From NCBI GenBank assembly GCA_002633005.1, contig NMRA01000436.1, forward strand, positions 124,001-188,000: a DNA stretch of 64,000 nucleotides, in the 5' to 3' direction. This DNA comes from Phoronis australis. Lineage: Eukaryota; Animalia; Phoronida. Shown piece by piece: positions 1-12,000 of this stretch. Numbering within the stretch: position 1 is the stretch's first letter; each line of letters opens with the position of its first letter. Below the pieces are notes generated by a model. That model was given only the letters and a program-made list of their open reading frames with translations, ran no database searches and was not told the DNA's origin. Both the position numbers and the translations under genes were made by a program.

Positions 1-2421
1 CGTTCAAATGTAAATCGGTTAGTAGGAACTCTAACCAATCAAAAAGGCATGTGAGGTGAATTATGCGGGTTGTCGTCGGTGCTTTAAGAGTGATAGTCCA
101 GGTCAGAGTTTGCTAGTGATATCATTAACATATCAACATCAAAGCTACATGCATGTTGCAAAAAAGTCAAACTGCAGGCGAAACATGTTGGCAGGCGACC
201 AACTTTGTCGGCTGAAGTTTCGCGACTTTTCGATGCGACATTCGTATCAGCGTAAGATAAACTGGTGTCGTTTCCGGCGAGCAACATATTGCTGGCCGAA
301 AAGTTGCTGTGTTCGGGAAATTTTCCCAATGGTTTCTTCACGAGAGCATCAAAAAGTCGACTCTAAGGTCATCCGAATGGTATCTTAACAAAACTACATA
401 CATGTATTCATAGGTCTTGATTTGGGCCCAGACAGATCTATCTTGGCTAATTAGGTCCGTAAGAACATCAGCTTTAATGGCATAACGCGATGAGGATATG
501 GAAGTAGACATTGAACCCCTCATGAGTTTCCTTTAACATTTTGTAGAGCGCCAAAGTAGGATAATTTTGCCAAATTTCCACTCGATTTTTATGCAACTTT
601 GACGCGCTCCAGATACCAGTTTACGGTGTTTTTAAATTAATAGTCTACAGCTCTCCGGTAAAACGCAGGATAAAAAATTGGGCAGATGATTGACGAGAAT
701 GTGGCAGACGATGGTTTTCCAACAGATGGGACTGGCGTTGTGCACCCCAGACTCTAGTAGATGCAACTTTGTGACATCATGCAAACGCAAGAGCACGGTT
801 AACAACTTCGCAGGAAAATTGTTTCACTCTACAGTATGTCACGTTTTGGGCCTTTTAAAAACGCTATAAACCACTTACAGTCAGCAAAATGATTCAGAGT
901 GCACAATCGCAATCATACGTCCTTGCAACTATGCACACTTTCCATTTATAATCCCCTTGTATGAATATAAATCCGGTCTTACCTTTGGAATACTAGAAAG
1001 GTAAAATTGTGCGACGCCATGCGGCTAACTATCGGTTATAAAGACAGAAAAATGTCAGATTAAAAACTGGGTTACCTTTTGAATGGTGCATAGGAATCGC
1101 CTTGTACAGACTGCAAAAAGTACATATCTGAGAGCTAGTATTTTGCATTGTTGTCAGGTAAGTTACTGTCAGCCTGCCGTTTTAAGTCCACTTTAACAGC
1201 GATATTTGAAAACGCTGTAGTATTTGATGCCAGGTTCTAGTATCGAAACGGCTAACAACGTAAACCAACGCTGTCACGGTCCAGTTTTGCCGTCTGACAA
1301 GACCCGACAAATTCCGATGTCGTGCCCAGTTCAGATTGTTTTGACCTAAGATGAATTTGGCGCAAATTCAGTAGCAATTTTCCTGTCTGGCGTCAGCCGA
1401 TTGCAATGCAAAGTCTAGACTTCGCCACTGGTCACTCTCTCCTTCCTTGACCCTGGGTTTCCAGGCACCTCATTGTAAAAACCCGGTACCTGGCGAATGA
1501 CGAAGTTGCAGGCTGAAATCCGACTTAAAGAAATAAACAATACCGGTTCAAAACTCGAGACAAATCCGCTTTTTGAACCCAATGGTTTAAAAATAGAATA
1601 AGTAGCCCTGAGTACAAGTTTGTCAAAACAAACAAAAGATCTCAATGACAATTGGCTCTTCCCCATAACAAAGACCATTCATTATCTTGACAGCACGTTT
1701 TTGCGAGGGCGAATCAGCAGTTTTGTAAGAGCGTGACCACAACCATAATTCATTATCTAACGGTATTAAGCATAGGCTAGTATCGCAAAGTTTCATTTGT
1801 GTCCAATCAGCTATTTCAGAGACAAGATGTTACGAACTTTGAAAACTTTCCATTTTCGCGGGTTCAAAATTATCGCCATTTTCACGAGCGTACAAGCCGA
1901 ACGATTTTCCCGAATAACTCAACCCGAAAGCGCACAATATGGCGCCCGTCCATGTCTACAACCTGTTAAACTGCAAGCATGCTTCGAAATTAAGAGGCAG
2001 TCCAAATAAAAACCAGTAGATTTTCAAAAATCAGTCTATAGGTCAAAATTCAAAACAACTACATTTTTTGCACATGGATAGATATCCCATCAAAAACCTT
2101 GCGGACTCAGTGACCCCTAATTTCACCGCTGGAGCATGAGACCACAAATTGGCAAATTTGGGCATACTAGCCGTCTCCAAAATTGTATATTTTCAGCAGC
2201 AAAAATAAGTAACTTAAAAAATAGATCAACAGTTATACCTTGGTGACTGAAATAACCAACGTATACTGTGTATAACTGTGTCATTTATTGTGCTAGACAG
2301 GGGAGATAATCCACAGACCACTTTATGTGGCTAATTTTAGTGGCGTTTTTGTGACCTTCTTAACGCCGTATTGCACCTTGGAGCCTTGTGTAACTTTTAC
2401 AACATACAGTTAAAGAGTTAA

Positions 2422-4047
2422 AGGAAAATGCCACCCAAAAATGAAACATCCTATTTGTATCAATTTAGATGAGTAGTTCTACTCGATAACGACACGTTCG
2501 GTTGCGTTACCCGACACCTGACGGCAGACGGAGGTATTGAAAATATCCAATGACGTCGTTGGTTTCACATGCACTCTGTTCAGCAGTTCACAAACACGGC
2601 CGGGTTACTGGTGTCAGTTTAATTAACGCTTGAATTCATCGTGCAACACCGATAAATCATCCAATTTCGATGTAAAACCCTTAAAAATACATCGAGTTCT
2701 TATTGGTATTTGGACACACCGTAGCCTACAAAGTTCGGCACGCCAAGTTACCAAGGTCCGTAGCAGGAGTTTGGGGTCTCAGTGTTCAGAGATAAATTCG
2801 AAGTATTCTTCCGTGAAATACAGACATGAGAACCTAGATCCGTGTAAATCAGAATTTTTATTTTTTTGAGTTCTAAATAGACAAAACGCTTGTTATCCCG
2901 GCCAGTGGCTCGGAACCCGATCAGACCCGTCGTGGCTGCCGGGACTGGAACAACATAAACCACCTTGAGTTGGAAACTAAACCTACAGTCACGAAAAGAT
3001 TATGATAGTGAGCCAAAGAAATAAGTGTGCAGGTAGTTATTTATGTGAATTACCACGAAACTGAAAATCTACTTACTTGTCAGGGGCCGCGAAGCCGGTT
3101 TCCCCTTCCACAGACAGACAGGGCAAAGGCTGTGCAGTAACAATGACTTGAATAATATTTTTGTAATTCCCAATAAAGATTCCCCTAACATGTGACCGTA
3201 GCATATAAAATCGAGTAATTGTTTCTCAACAGCTTTCTGTCAGCAAACACTAAATTAGCATGCCCTCACTTACCGGTCAATTACCTTTATTGCCGGCATC
3301 AAAAGCCGGTAACGCAGTGGTTTATTCATTGCTGCTTCTCAACATTTGCACTCACGAATACTGCAAAGGCATTACAAATTGCTATCTAATGAGACAGACT
3401 TCGTTTCAGTTTTATACAAGCATCGGTTAGGATGAGAATAATTCATTTTGAAACAGAACGCAGAATAATAAACGTCTACATGGCAACTCGCCCGGCGCCA
3501 ATCCCGACTTAGTCAAGAGCTCACCCGACGAAGACTCCACGGGTCGGATCGTTAGGTTTCACAGGCTATCAGTTCCAACCGGAATACACTGAAAATACTA
3601 AAGAGGCGCCGTGAACATGCACAGGCAACGGAACGTATGGATAGTTCTTTGGCAAGCCGAAATTCGTCAGAGAAATCACTGTTGACGATATGCCGACCAC
3701 AGACACGGAGATATTTCACGGCCCCATACTTGCTATTAACAGCGTACCTTTCATTCTTCACTACCGCGAGCCACTTCCTAATCATTTCGGGTTCTCGAGG
3801 AAGTCGAAAAAACGATATACCCGCTTTCTTCACAGCTTCATAGATCGGACACGCGGGAACGATGCACCGCAATATAGCGGCATTCACTCTACAGACGAAC
3901 CACTGACGTCGCTGCGTCGTTTCTCACCTTCCTCACAGGTTAACGCGACACCTCTCGAAAAGGTGAGGTCAACCGTATAAGAAGCGATTTGGATATAGCG
4001 CGATTAAGACGGTAAAAAAGACTAATTAAATCGGGTGGTTTTCTCCT
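2422..4047 (-). mobile_element. Kolobok-like non-autonomous DNA transposon carrying a THAP-domain remnant (copy A)
   Basis: TIRs AGGAAAATGCCACCC / GGGTGGTTTTCTCCT with TTAA on both sides (2418-2421, 4048-4051). A TTAA target, AG...CT ends and a THAP domain fit Kolobok. Confidence 0.75.
3552..3887 (-). pseudogene. THAP zinc-finger domain remnant of transposase
   Basis: RCIVPAC...SFFRLPRE...RKWL...LRVCGRH matches the C2CH THAP signature with conserved P and W. There is no ATG start and no catalytic domain. Confidence 0.75.
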
Positions 4048-4863
4048 TTAATCTTGATGACTGAGCAATAGAATATGTTGTTTTCTGGATGTATTACGCG
4101 ATCAGTATCAAAACTGAACCCGATGACCTTTGCCCAGCCAGTTGGCATTAGGTTTGAGGATTTATAAAACAATTGTACATGTAACCTCTTGTTTTCTTCC
4201 ATTAATATTTACTTGACCATTTCATGTCAACTAAAAGGAAATAAATTCCTTTGAAGTTTAAATTTGTAAGAATTGTTATTTGTAAAACTGATTTTGAGGC
4301 TATCATGCTTTTAACGACAAAACGAAGAACCAAGGCCAATTCTGCTCGTTAAGAGAATTTTCATCAAACAAGTGCGACCACAAAAGCTTTGTGGCTTTAG
4401 TCAGTCATGCTAAATGCACTTCAGAACATCTGAGATGCTGAAAAGTACCGCATAAATCGAGGCCAGTGGCGGAATATGGGCTCGTACTAGCCAGGATAGG
4501 TAAATTTGTGATTGAGCAGAAGCAGTCGTGGATCAAATCATATGTGATGTTAACCGAAGAGAATTTGGCCGGGTCTCGGTTTTCATCCAAACAGAAAGTG
4601 TCTGTACCATGAACACCCATGATCTTCCAGAAGAAATTCTGAACGGGGTACGTACTGCCTGCAACATTTCAGAGTGAATATTGGCTCAGTTTGGACAGGC
4701 TCAGAATTGGTACCACCCGGAACCTTCGACTTCAAGAGTCACAACTGTGTCACAGTTGGAGTTAAATGACGCAGCTTTCCTAGTGCCCTCTATATACGTG
4801 TATTATATATTTTATCATAGTTAATCGTAGTTTGTAGCTGAGGTGAAATGACAGTAACCAATC

Positions 4864-5081
4864 CAGTGGCGTAGCGTGTACCTCCTTGCCCCCCGTCGCG
4901 ACGTCTCACGTAAAGTGGGGCCGGCCCCCGATCCCCATTGGTGCCTGTGTAATTTGTAACCCCTCAGTTAACAGATGCTTGGTGCCCTCCTTGGACGACA
5001 CCTGTTTAGCACACCCCCACCCCTTTCGGCAGGGGCCCGGCGGTATTGACCCCCAGCCGGGCTCTTGCTGCTACGGCACAG
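4864..5081. mobile_element. small MITE with CAGTGGCGTAGC termini
   Basis: CAGTGGCGTAGC...GCTACGGCACAG flanked by AATC on both sides. Confidence 0.5.
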
Positions 5082-6799
5082 AATCAGTCACTCAGTATGT
5101 TTGCTATGAAGTCCAGACCGTTGTGTTGAATTATGTTTACCTAATGTCTGTCATAAACTGAGTCATTGATAAAATTTTCTTTCATGTAATGCTTTCTCTT
5201 GACCTTGAATGTACGCCTTTTCATACCGTTAATGATCGTACTTTCAGAAGTATTCAACGTTGGGTTGACCGGCGACTGGTCTGGAGACTCGTACCAACCT
5301 GCGGGGATATTACAGTATGAACGCAAAATTACAATGAGTTTTGACGCAGTTGAAGATTTTTTTGCACTGTACAGAGGGCCATAACCCCCTTAGGTGCCTC
5401 CTTTCCTATGCGAATGGCTCTTACAAAAAAAAAACAAAAAAAACACGAGTAAGGCAGATTCGGCTGGTAGTCGCGTCCACGGTATCCATGTACACAAAGA
5501 GCAACGCCATCTATCATTTTGACGAAGTACGCATGCCAGTCACAATTTATGCATATAAATTTTGTAATAAGCAATAATCATAAGTGTGGCTTTGAGAGAA
5601 TGGTAATTAGTAGTGCTGTCTGCTTTTACTCTAGAATGCAAGCTTTTTACGTCGTTTTTGCAAGCTAATTACAAGTTCCAGGAGGCCTCCTATTGGTGGT
5701 TGATACAACTGAGAACAGGCAAATAGGACGAAGTGCCGTTTGTGTAATGTTTCGTAAGTAAACAGTACGGGAGGCAAGATTTTTTATTTTAGATTATGAA
5801 GAGGTAAGGAATGAATAAACAAATTATTATAAGATCAGTGTTTGAAAAGGTACAATATGGCTGCTACAGAGTGCCGAAGTTGGCTGAAAATGGCTTCAGT
5901 GAAAACTGCAAAATAGCCGTTTTTGCACAAAATCAAAACACACAAATTTGAAAATGATTTTTGAAAGCAATGTCATTAAATTATTCAGTCATAGTCCTTT
6001 AAAACTGTATCCCCCAGTTCTCATCAGCTAGCTAAACATGCTAGTAAAATGTATTCAACTATATCTACTTCGCCGCCCAATTTTGTCGCAAAATGGACAA
6101 AAAAAGAGAAACAATGGATGAAAATTGTCAAAAATCGAATGTTTTCTACTAACATCTCACCAAACCAAATTCATGTGCTAACTCTAAAAAAATCTGTGAT
6201 TTTGGGTATAGACTCTACCTGTTGGTTTATATATGGAGTCACTCTTAAAGGTCAGTGTTGATTTGTGAAGTGAAGCGGCCTAAAATTAAAATATTGTGTT
6301 AGTATAAGTGCATTTTGTTTCGGCCTGGTTGGATCTTAGTTGGAAACATTCCTGCTATTGGTTGTTTCGTCATGTTTTTCGATGTGATTATTAAGTGTTG
6401 ACTAATCATACCTATTGTTGTGATGTAAAAACCGTACGCTAGTAGCAACCCCTCGTCCCTCCTCCTTAAAGCTACGTTTGTGCGCTTGTGAAATTGGTTA
6501 TACTTTTGAAAGGAGACCTAAGCATAATGAATTGTTTGCTAATAAAGATTCAAGATACACAGGCACTGTAACAGCAAACGCCAGGCGTGCGACCTCTCAT
6601 AAAACGTAACTCCGGAAATACAAAATAACGTGTATGCGCAGAGTACTTATACGACGTTAGCCGAGTACAAGTCAGTGATGATCATTTAGAAGCATAATGA
6701 ATAAGGGGAATTAATGACAGAGGTTCCACACTTAATAAGCTTTATTGGCCTACTGACAAAAAAGTCCTAGGTTCTAGGCGAGTTTTCCAAATCGAGGCT

Positions 6800-7155
6800 C
6801 TATTGTACATGTACGTTGATAATCTTTCAAATGTCGTACTTGTTAAGTATGCATCTCAGAAATCGTCATTGGGTTCACGCTCTATTTCGGACACATATTT
6901 ACCCACAGTATACCATATCGCTAAACATGTCTATATTCGAATGGCTAACAGTTGCAAATTATTCCTAAAACGTATAAATAACAGTGGACCTACCACGGAA
7001 CCAAGTGTGACGCCTGTGCCAATAATGCGCCGAGATGATCTGGCACCCTTAGATTCTACAGCCTGGGTTCGTTCTTTGAGATAGAATGACACCACTTACC
7101 GGTAACATCATCAATACCAAGACTTCAATTTGCAGTATGGTCAACTGTGTCGACC
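6800..7155 (-). mobile_element. degenerate CR1/L2-type LINE reverse transcriptase fragment
   Basis: The minus frame reads YLKERTQAV...GTGVTLGSVVGPLLFI..NNL, a decayed GVPQGSVLGPLLF motif. Confidence 0.65.
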
Positions 7156-8430
7156 TACGAAGACCTAGAAATGCTACATCGCTTAAACAACCGGCAAGGC
7201 GCTTGACGCGTGTCACCTCAACTCACGCCTCCCAATTTAGTGATGCCCCGTGGTTTGTATATCCAGCAGATTCACCGGCGCCATTGTTGCTTGGTTTGGC
7301 CTCGCGCGTGAACGGTTCTATTCGGCTGATCTTATCACCGAATGTTGAAGTTTAGGTTCTATCACAGTAACAAGACTACACAGTTTTAGGTGAATTTTGA
7401 TCAATAGATCATGCCAACTGCATAGGTTTCTGTGTGTGGTCACCGTTTAAAGATGAGATGTTGCGCAAGTATTCTCGTTGTCAAATGGGTTTCACAACGT
7501 GTCCGCGGGGCAATTGACAGACGTCAATGTTATTAAGGTGGCGACTGTATATTTAACATTATGATAGCAAACAAAGTGAAAGAGAGTACCTAACAAGGTT
7601 GATTGTCGGTGTCTGTAGATTCAGGGATTCTTTTAGCAGCACACTCCACATCACTGGTGCATAAACATTTCCATTGACTCGAGCACATTCAAATTGCAAT
7701 AACGCCTTAAATTGTCTTGGCTAAAATTCCAACACATCGACAATGCAGAGCGGTTGAGAAAAACGGATATCAGAGACCAAAGCAACAGTGTCAGCTATAT
7801 GAGTTCTAGCATATTATGAAAAAAAAAGAATTGATTTGCAATAAGTGTTTTGCTAAATTAAATTGCATTATGCGGCAGTTCAGACCAATCAGTGCTGGTG
7901 TAACGCAGGAGGAAGCACACAAAAACGATGGCTACAAAAATAGACAGAAAATGCTGACTCATGTAAGTATGTCCTCCAAAACGGCAAATGGATTTTGAAA
8001 CCCTTTGGATCAATTGACACATGAGTACGTTTTACTGAGATAATGCGTGCATTCTGATTTTCGAAATTCCACGCACCGGCTACAGTAGCAATAATCATTT
8101 AAAGACGTTCTTACTTCTGACCTGTCAACATACCACAAAATAAGGACAAGTTTGACGCACTTTGCACACAAGTGCACTATTACATGATGCTAAAGAAAAA
8201 AACTACATGATATTAACCATTCACATGGTATTAATATAAAAGTGCACAGGATCTCGAAGGTCAATATGCTATTTGTCAGCACAAAATATTGTTCTAAAAT
8301 ACCTCGATAACCCCAAGTGTTTTCACAAACCCTTGTCGGATTCAGTACATTGTGTTTTATACATACGGCCTTGGCAAGTAAGACTACAGTGAAAACACGT
8401 CTTCTTTTTTCATATGAAATCGCCAACGTC

Positions 8431-8436
8431 TTTATT
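8431..8436 (-). promoter_or_regulatory. candidate polyadenylation signal of ABITRAM
   Basis: AATAAA on the minus strand about 500 nt past the stop codon; the only support is its position. Confidence 0.35.
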
Positions 8437-8929
8437 TTACTTAACTTTTCCTAAGTATGTAATAATATAGTTGAGTGTTTATCCATCAGGTTCAGTTTAA
8501 TTATGCTGCACTCTTCAAAGACTAAAAATATTTGATGGGGAGATTTAAGACGGGGGAAACGATTTCGGATACTTTCGGGTTTGAACAACAAAAACTACTA
8601 CGTCACAGACACCAGGCATATTACAAAAGACGAAGAACAGATACGTGGTGTTCAGAAACCGTCTCAAGGCTTCTTAATGCACATTCATCTTCTTAATTAT
8701 CTCCACACTCCAACCAAAATGCACAATTAAAAGCAGTTTTTGTCTGGCCTAATCGCATGTGACCAAGTCTTCATTAGCATACCGTACAAGCCAGCCCTAG
8801 ATAATTAAGTAACACAAATAAACGGAATTGTTATAATAACCACTTAAATTACGACGGAGAACTGTGTCTCTTTACCGTCTCACACAAAAATAGATAAAGA
8901 ATGTCAGACACACCTAGATGGCAGATGCG

Positions 8930-9076
8930 TCATGTATCGGGAAGGATGGACGAATTGCCCGCGGAAGCCCGTGTGATGTGTGCCTGGTATTGGTCCTTTG
9001 TCAGCAAATGGTCCAGTTCACAATCACGTGCTTTCAGCCTGAGCAGTATGATGGCAACGTATCCCTCGCCTTGGGG
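8930..9076 (-). CDS. ABITRAM: ABITRAM coding exon 5 (terminal)
   Basis: Acceptor atgtattttcag, PQGEGYVAIILLRLKARDCELDHLLTKDQYQAHITRASAGNSSILPDT*; phase 0 fits exon 4. Confidence 0.9.
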   Translation of the reverse strand, partial: PQGEGYVAIILLRLKARDCELDHLLTKDQYQAHITRASAGNSSILPDT

Positions 9077-12000
9077 CTGAAAATACATTCCATATTTTTG
9101 TACCCAAGTTTCGCTCTGATGCTACTGAACTTTCAAACAACCCCTAAGTTTCAAATTAATTAAAAACAAACAATGAAGTCAAATTCAGCATTTGGAACAC
9201 AGCATTCCATTCAAGCTTAGCTAATGTTATATAACGTACGGGATGATGGCTGTGGGTCATTATATCGAGATATGTGATATGGAAGCCGATTTAAACGAAG
9301 CCCGAGTTTAAATCCGCTTACATATCACGTATCAAAATATAATAAGCCACAGTTACACCACAATATTAGCGTCATATGGCAGATACAACCGTGTAATTAC
9401 CCATACAGTTATCTGACTAGTGAGATAATGATTTGGCGGGAAACCGAGGACAGTGTCGAACCCTGGAGCCTGGAATTGCTGGTCGCCGACTTTACCCACT
9501 ACACCATGGAGCGCATGACGTCATCAAGAGTGAAAATAGAATACTTAAATGAGCACGCGCAGTAATCGCATGTTCAACAAACCTTATTGTACTGTACTTA
9601 TACGTTACGAAAAATAAGACACATAATTTCCATAAAAATGATATCTTAATTCAGTGAAATTTTTCTCTCATGTCCTCTTACTTGTAAATCACCGATCTCC
9701 AGTTTGAATGCGGGTATCGTGTCGTCAGGATTTTTGACTTGAAAATTACATTCAGTTACCAGTGGTAACCTACTTTAGCAGACCATAGTTTCCCTGTCGA
9801 AGCTTAGCGTGAAAAAAACGTGTTTTAAGCTATAATAGTTGGTAAACCATAAATTCAATTTATTTCTATTATATTTAAGTTTTCAATTGGTTTTGAGTAA
9901 AAGTATTATTTGACAAAAATAGCCCGGCTTTTCTTAAAAGGTCACGACCTCGTGGATTTTGGAGAATTATCACCCTCGGAGCTAAAATCCACTCGGGCTC
10001 TAGATAACGGGGGATAACGACTTCGCCATGTAATAATCTATATTTATCATCCCGTGCGTTCCATGACATATTTACTATACATATCGCGTGACTATTTTTA
10101 AGACGCGAATTTACACGAATTTTCTGCTACAGTACTTGTACTACCGTGCAGGCAGTATTGAGCACAGGCGCCCGAATTTCCCGATGACTCTTAAACATAC
10201 ATAAGAAGCATAAAGGTTGGATACTTAAACTTTGCCAAGCCAAGACTCCCAACTTCAACTGTCCCAAATCCAAATAAAATTTGCGTGCATGTCCCTCAGA
10301 CTGGTATTGCAAAAACTTTCGAAGACTTATCTTTCCTTGATCCCATTAAATTATCCCTGTGAGTGGTGAATTGGCGACGAAATTTTCAAAACAAACCCAA
10401 TACTCGGAATTCAAGGACGTAAAATAGTTAAAGGAGAATGCCACCCAAAACAACCTATTTTTATCAATTAAGATCGAGTTGTTCTGCTCGCGAAGGACAC
10501 GTTCGGTTGCGTTACCTGACACCTGACGGCAGACGGAGGTGTTGAAATTATCCAATGACGTCATTGGTTTCACACGCAGTCTGTTCAGCAGTTCACAACA
10601 CGGGTTACTGGTGTCCAGCTTATCGCTTGAATTCACCGTTTAACACCAATAAATCATCAAACTTCGATATAAAACCCTTAAAAAGACACCGAGTTCTTAT
10701 AAAAACGTGTTGTTTTATTTCGCTGTTAGGTGAGGTTGACCATATAAGAGGCGATAATGGATATAGACCGATTGAGACGGTAAAAAGGCTAATTAAACTG
10801 GAAGGCATTCTCCTTTAACATGGCGATTTCAGTTGTGCATTAACTTGTACGCCTGTCGAAGATAAAATTCCGAGTTTGAGCAAGCAACACCTTAGTCAAA
10901 GTCAAGAAATTGATTCCCAATTTCAATTATAGAGGTTATTAAAATTAACCTTCCGCTTAATAGTAATTTGTTTTTTCTTGTAGCTCATTTTAACCCTTAA
11001 CCTAGAATTTAATAGCAAGAACCGGCGTATCTTGTGTTTGAACTTGACGTACATTATGAGCTACTCTTTGTGAAAGCATAACGAACACTCGGTTTTTGGT
11101 GGACATTTCCGATGTCTGACCACACGTTTAGTAGCGGTAAATCGCCATCGGTAAATGCCGGATTTCGCAGTAGTCCAGAGTTAGAAGCCAGCAACCCGTG
11201 GTACCACGGTTATAAACAATGTTGTTTTACATAATCTGATACTAAATTAGGTGGAGGGCACTCAAATAACATTCGAGGGAGGGCAAAATCAGAGCCAAAC
11301 ATTTTATAGTTACTTTGGCAGAGCTCGGGGAATTGAGTCGGCAGCGTCCGCCAAGAACCCGGATGCTCAAAGGTAGTCTGTCATGAACGTCTTACGTCAC
11401 AAAATAAGGTCATTGAATTTGTGATTTTGGCGTTTTTGACATTTTATGTCGTCAAATCACCACTCGAAGGCAATTTGAAGAGATTAAATGAAAGAAGGTA
11501 TTCAAAGATTTGTTCGCTCGTGGAGTTCCATGCACATTTGAATAGAAAATTCTGAGCAAACAGATTTGAAGCGTGCAACCTCTTTTTGTTTTTTTAGTAG
11601 TGAGTGACGTCAGTGGCGATCGAGGAACACCTAAACTCAAGCGCCTATGGTATTGAGCAGACGATTAGCCAAGACGTATTGTTTTAGAAGAGAATCACTT
11701 GGTAAAATTTCATTAATTTAATAACGATTTATTTGTTTATGTTGGCTACATACAACACAGTTAGGGCCCGGAGGTTATGATTTCCGCGTTTGGCGTAGCA
11801 ATATCTTTACCACAGCAACGATTCATTCACGACTGGTTAGCCAAATGAGGTCTCTGGATTGTTGAGGTTGTGTTTGTTTGCACATATAAAACACTGTTTT
11901 CACCTTATTTTTCGTCAAATTTGTTGGAATAAAATTTTAGATGGTATTTGAAGGATATATTTATGATTTGTGCTATATATTTGGTTCAGTTGTCACTACT

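Noticed and set aside
1-2421. Chain of TTAA-sharing elements (CCT|TTAA at 530-536, GAG|TTAA at 2415-2421)
   Set aside because: The region looks repeat-derived, but the ends of 537-2417 are not convincingly inverted and the partner end of the first element lies outside the window.
6250-6575. Possible solo LTR (AATAAA then TGTAACA end)
   Set aside because: No matching TG start with a target-site duplication was found.
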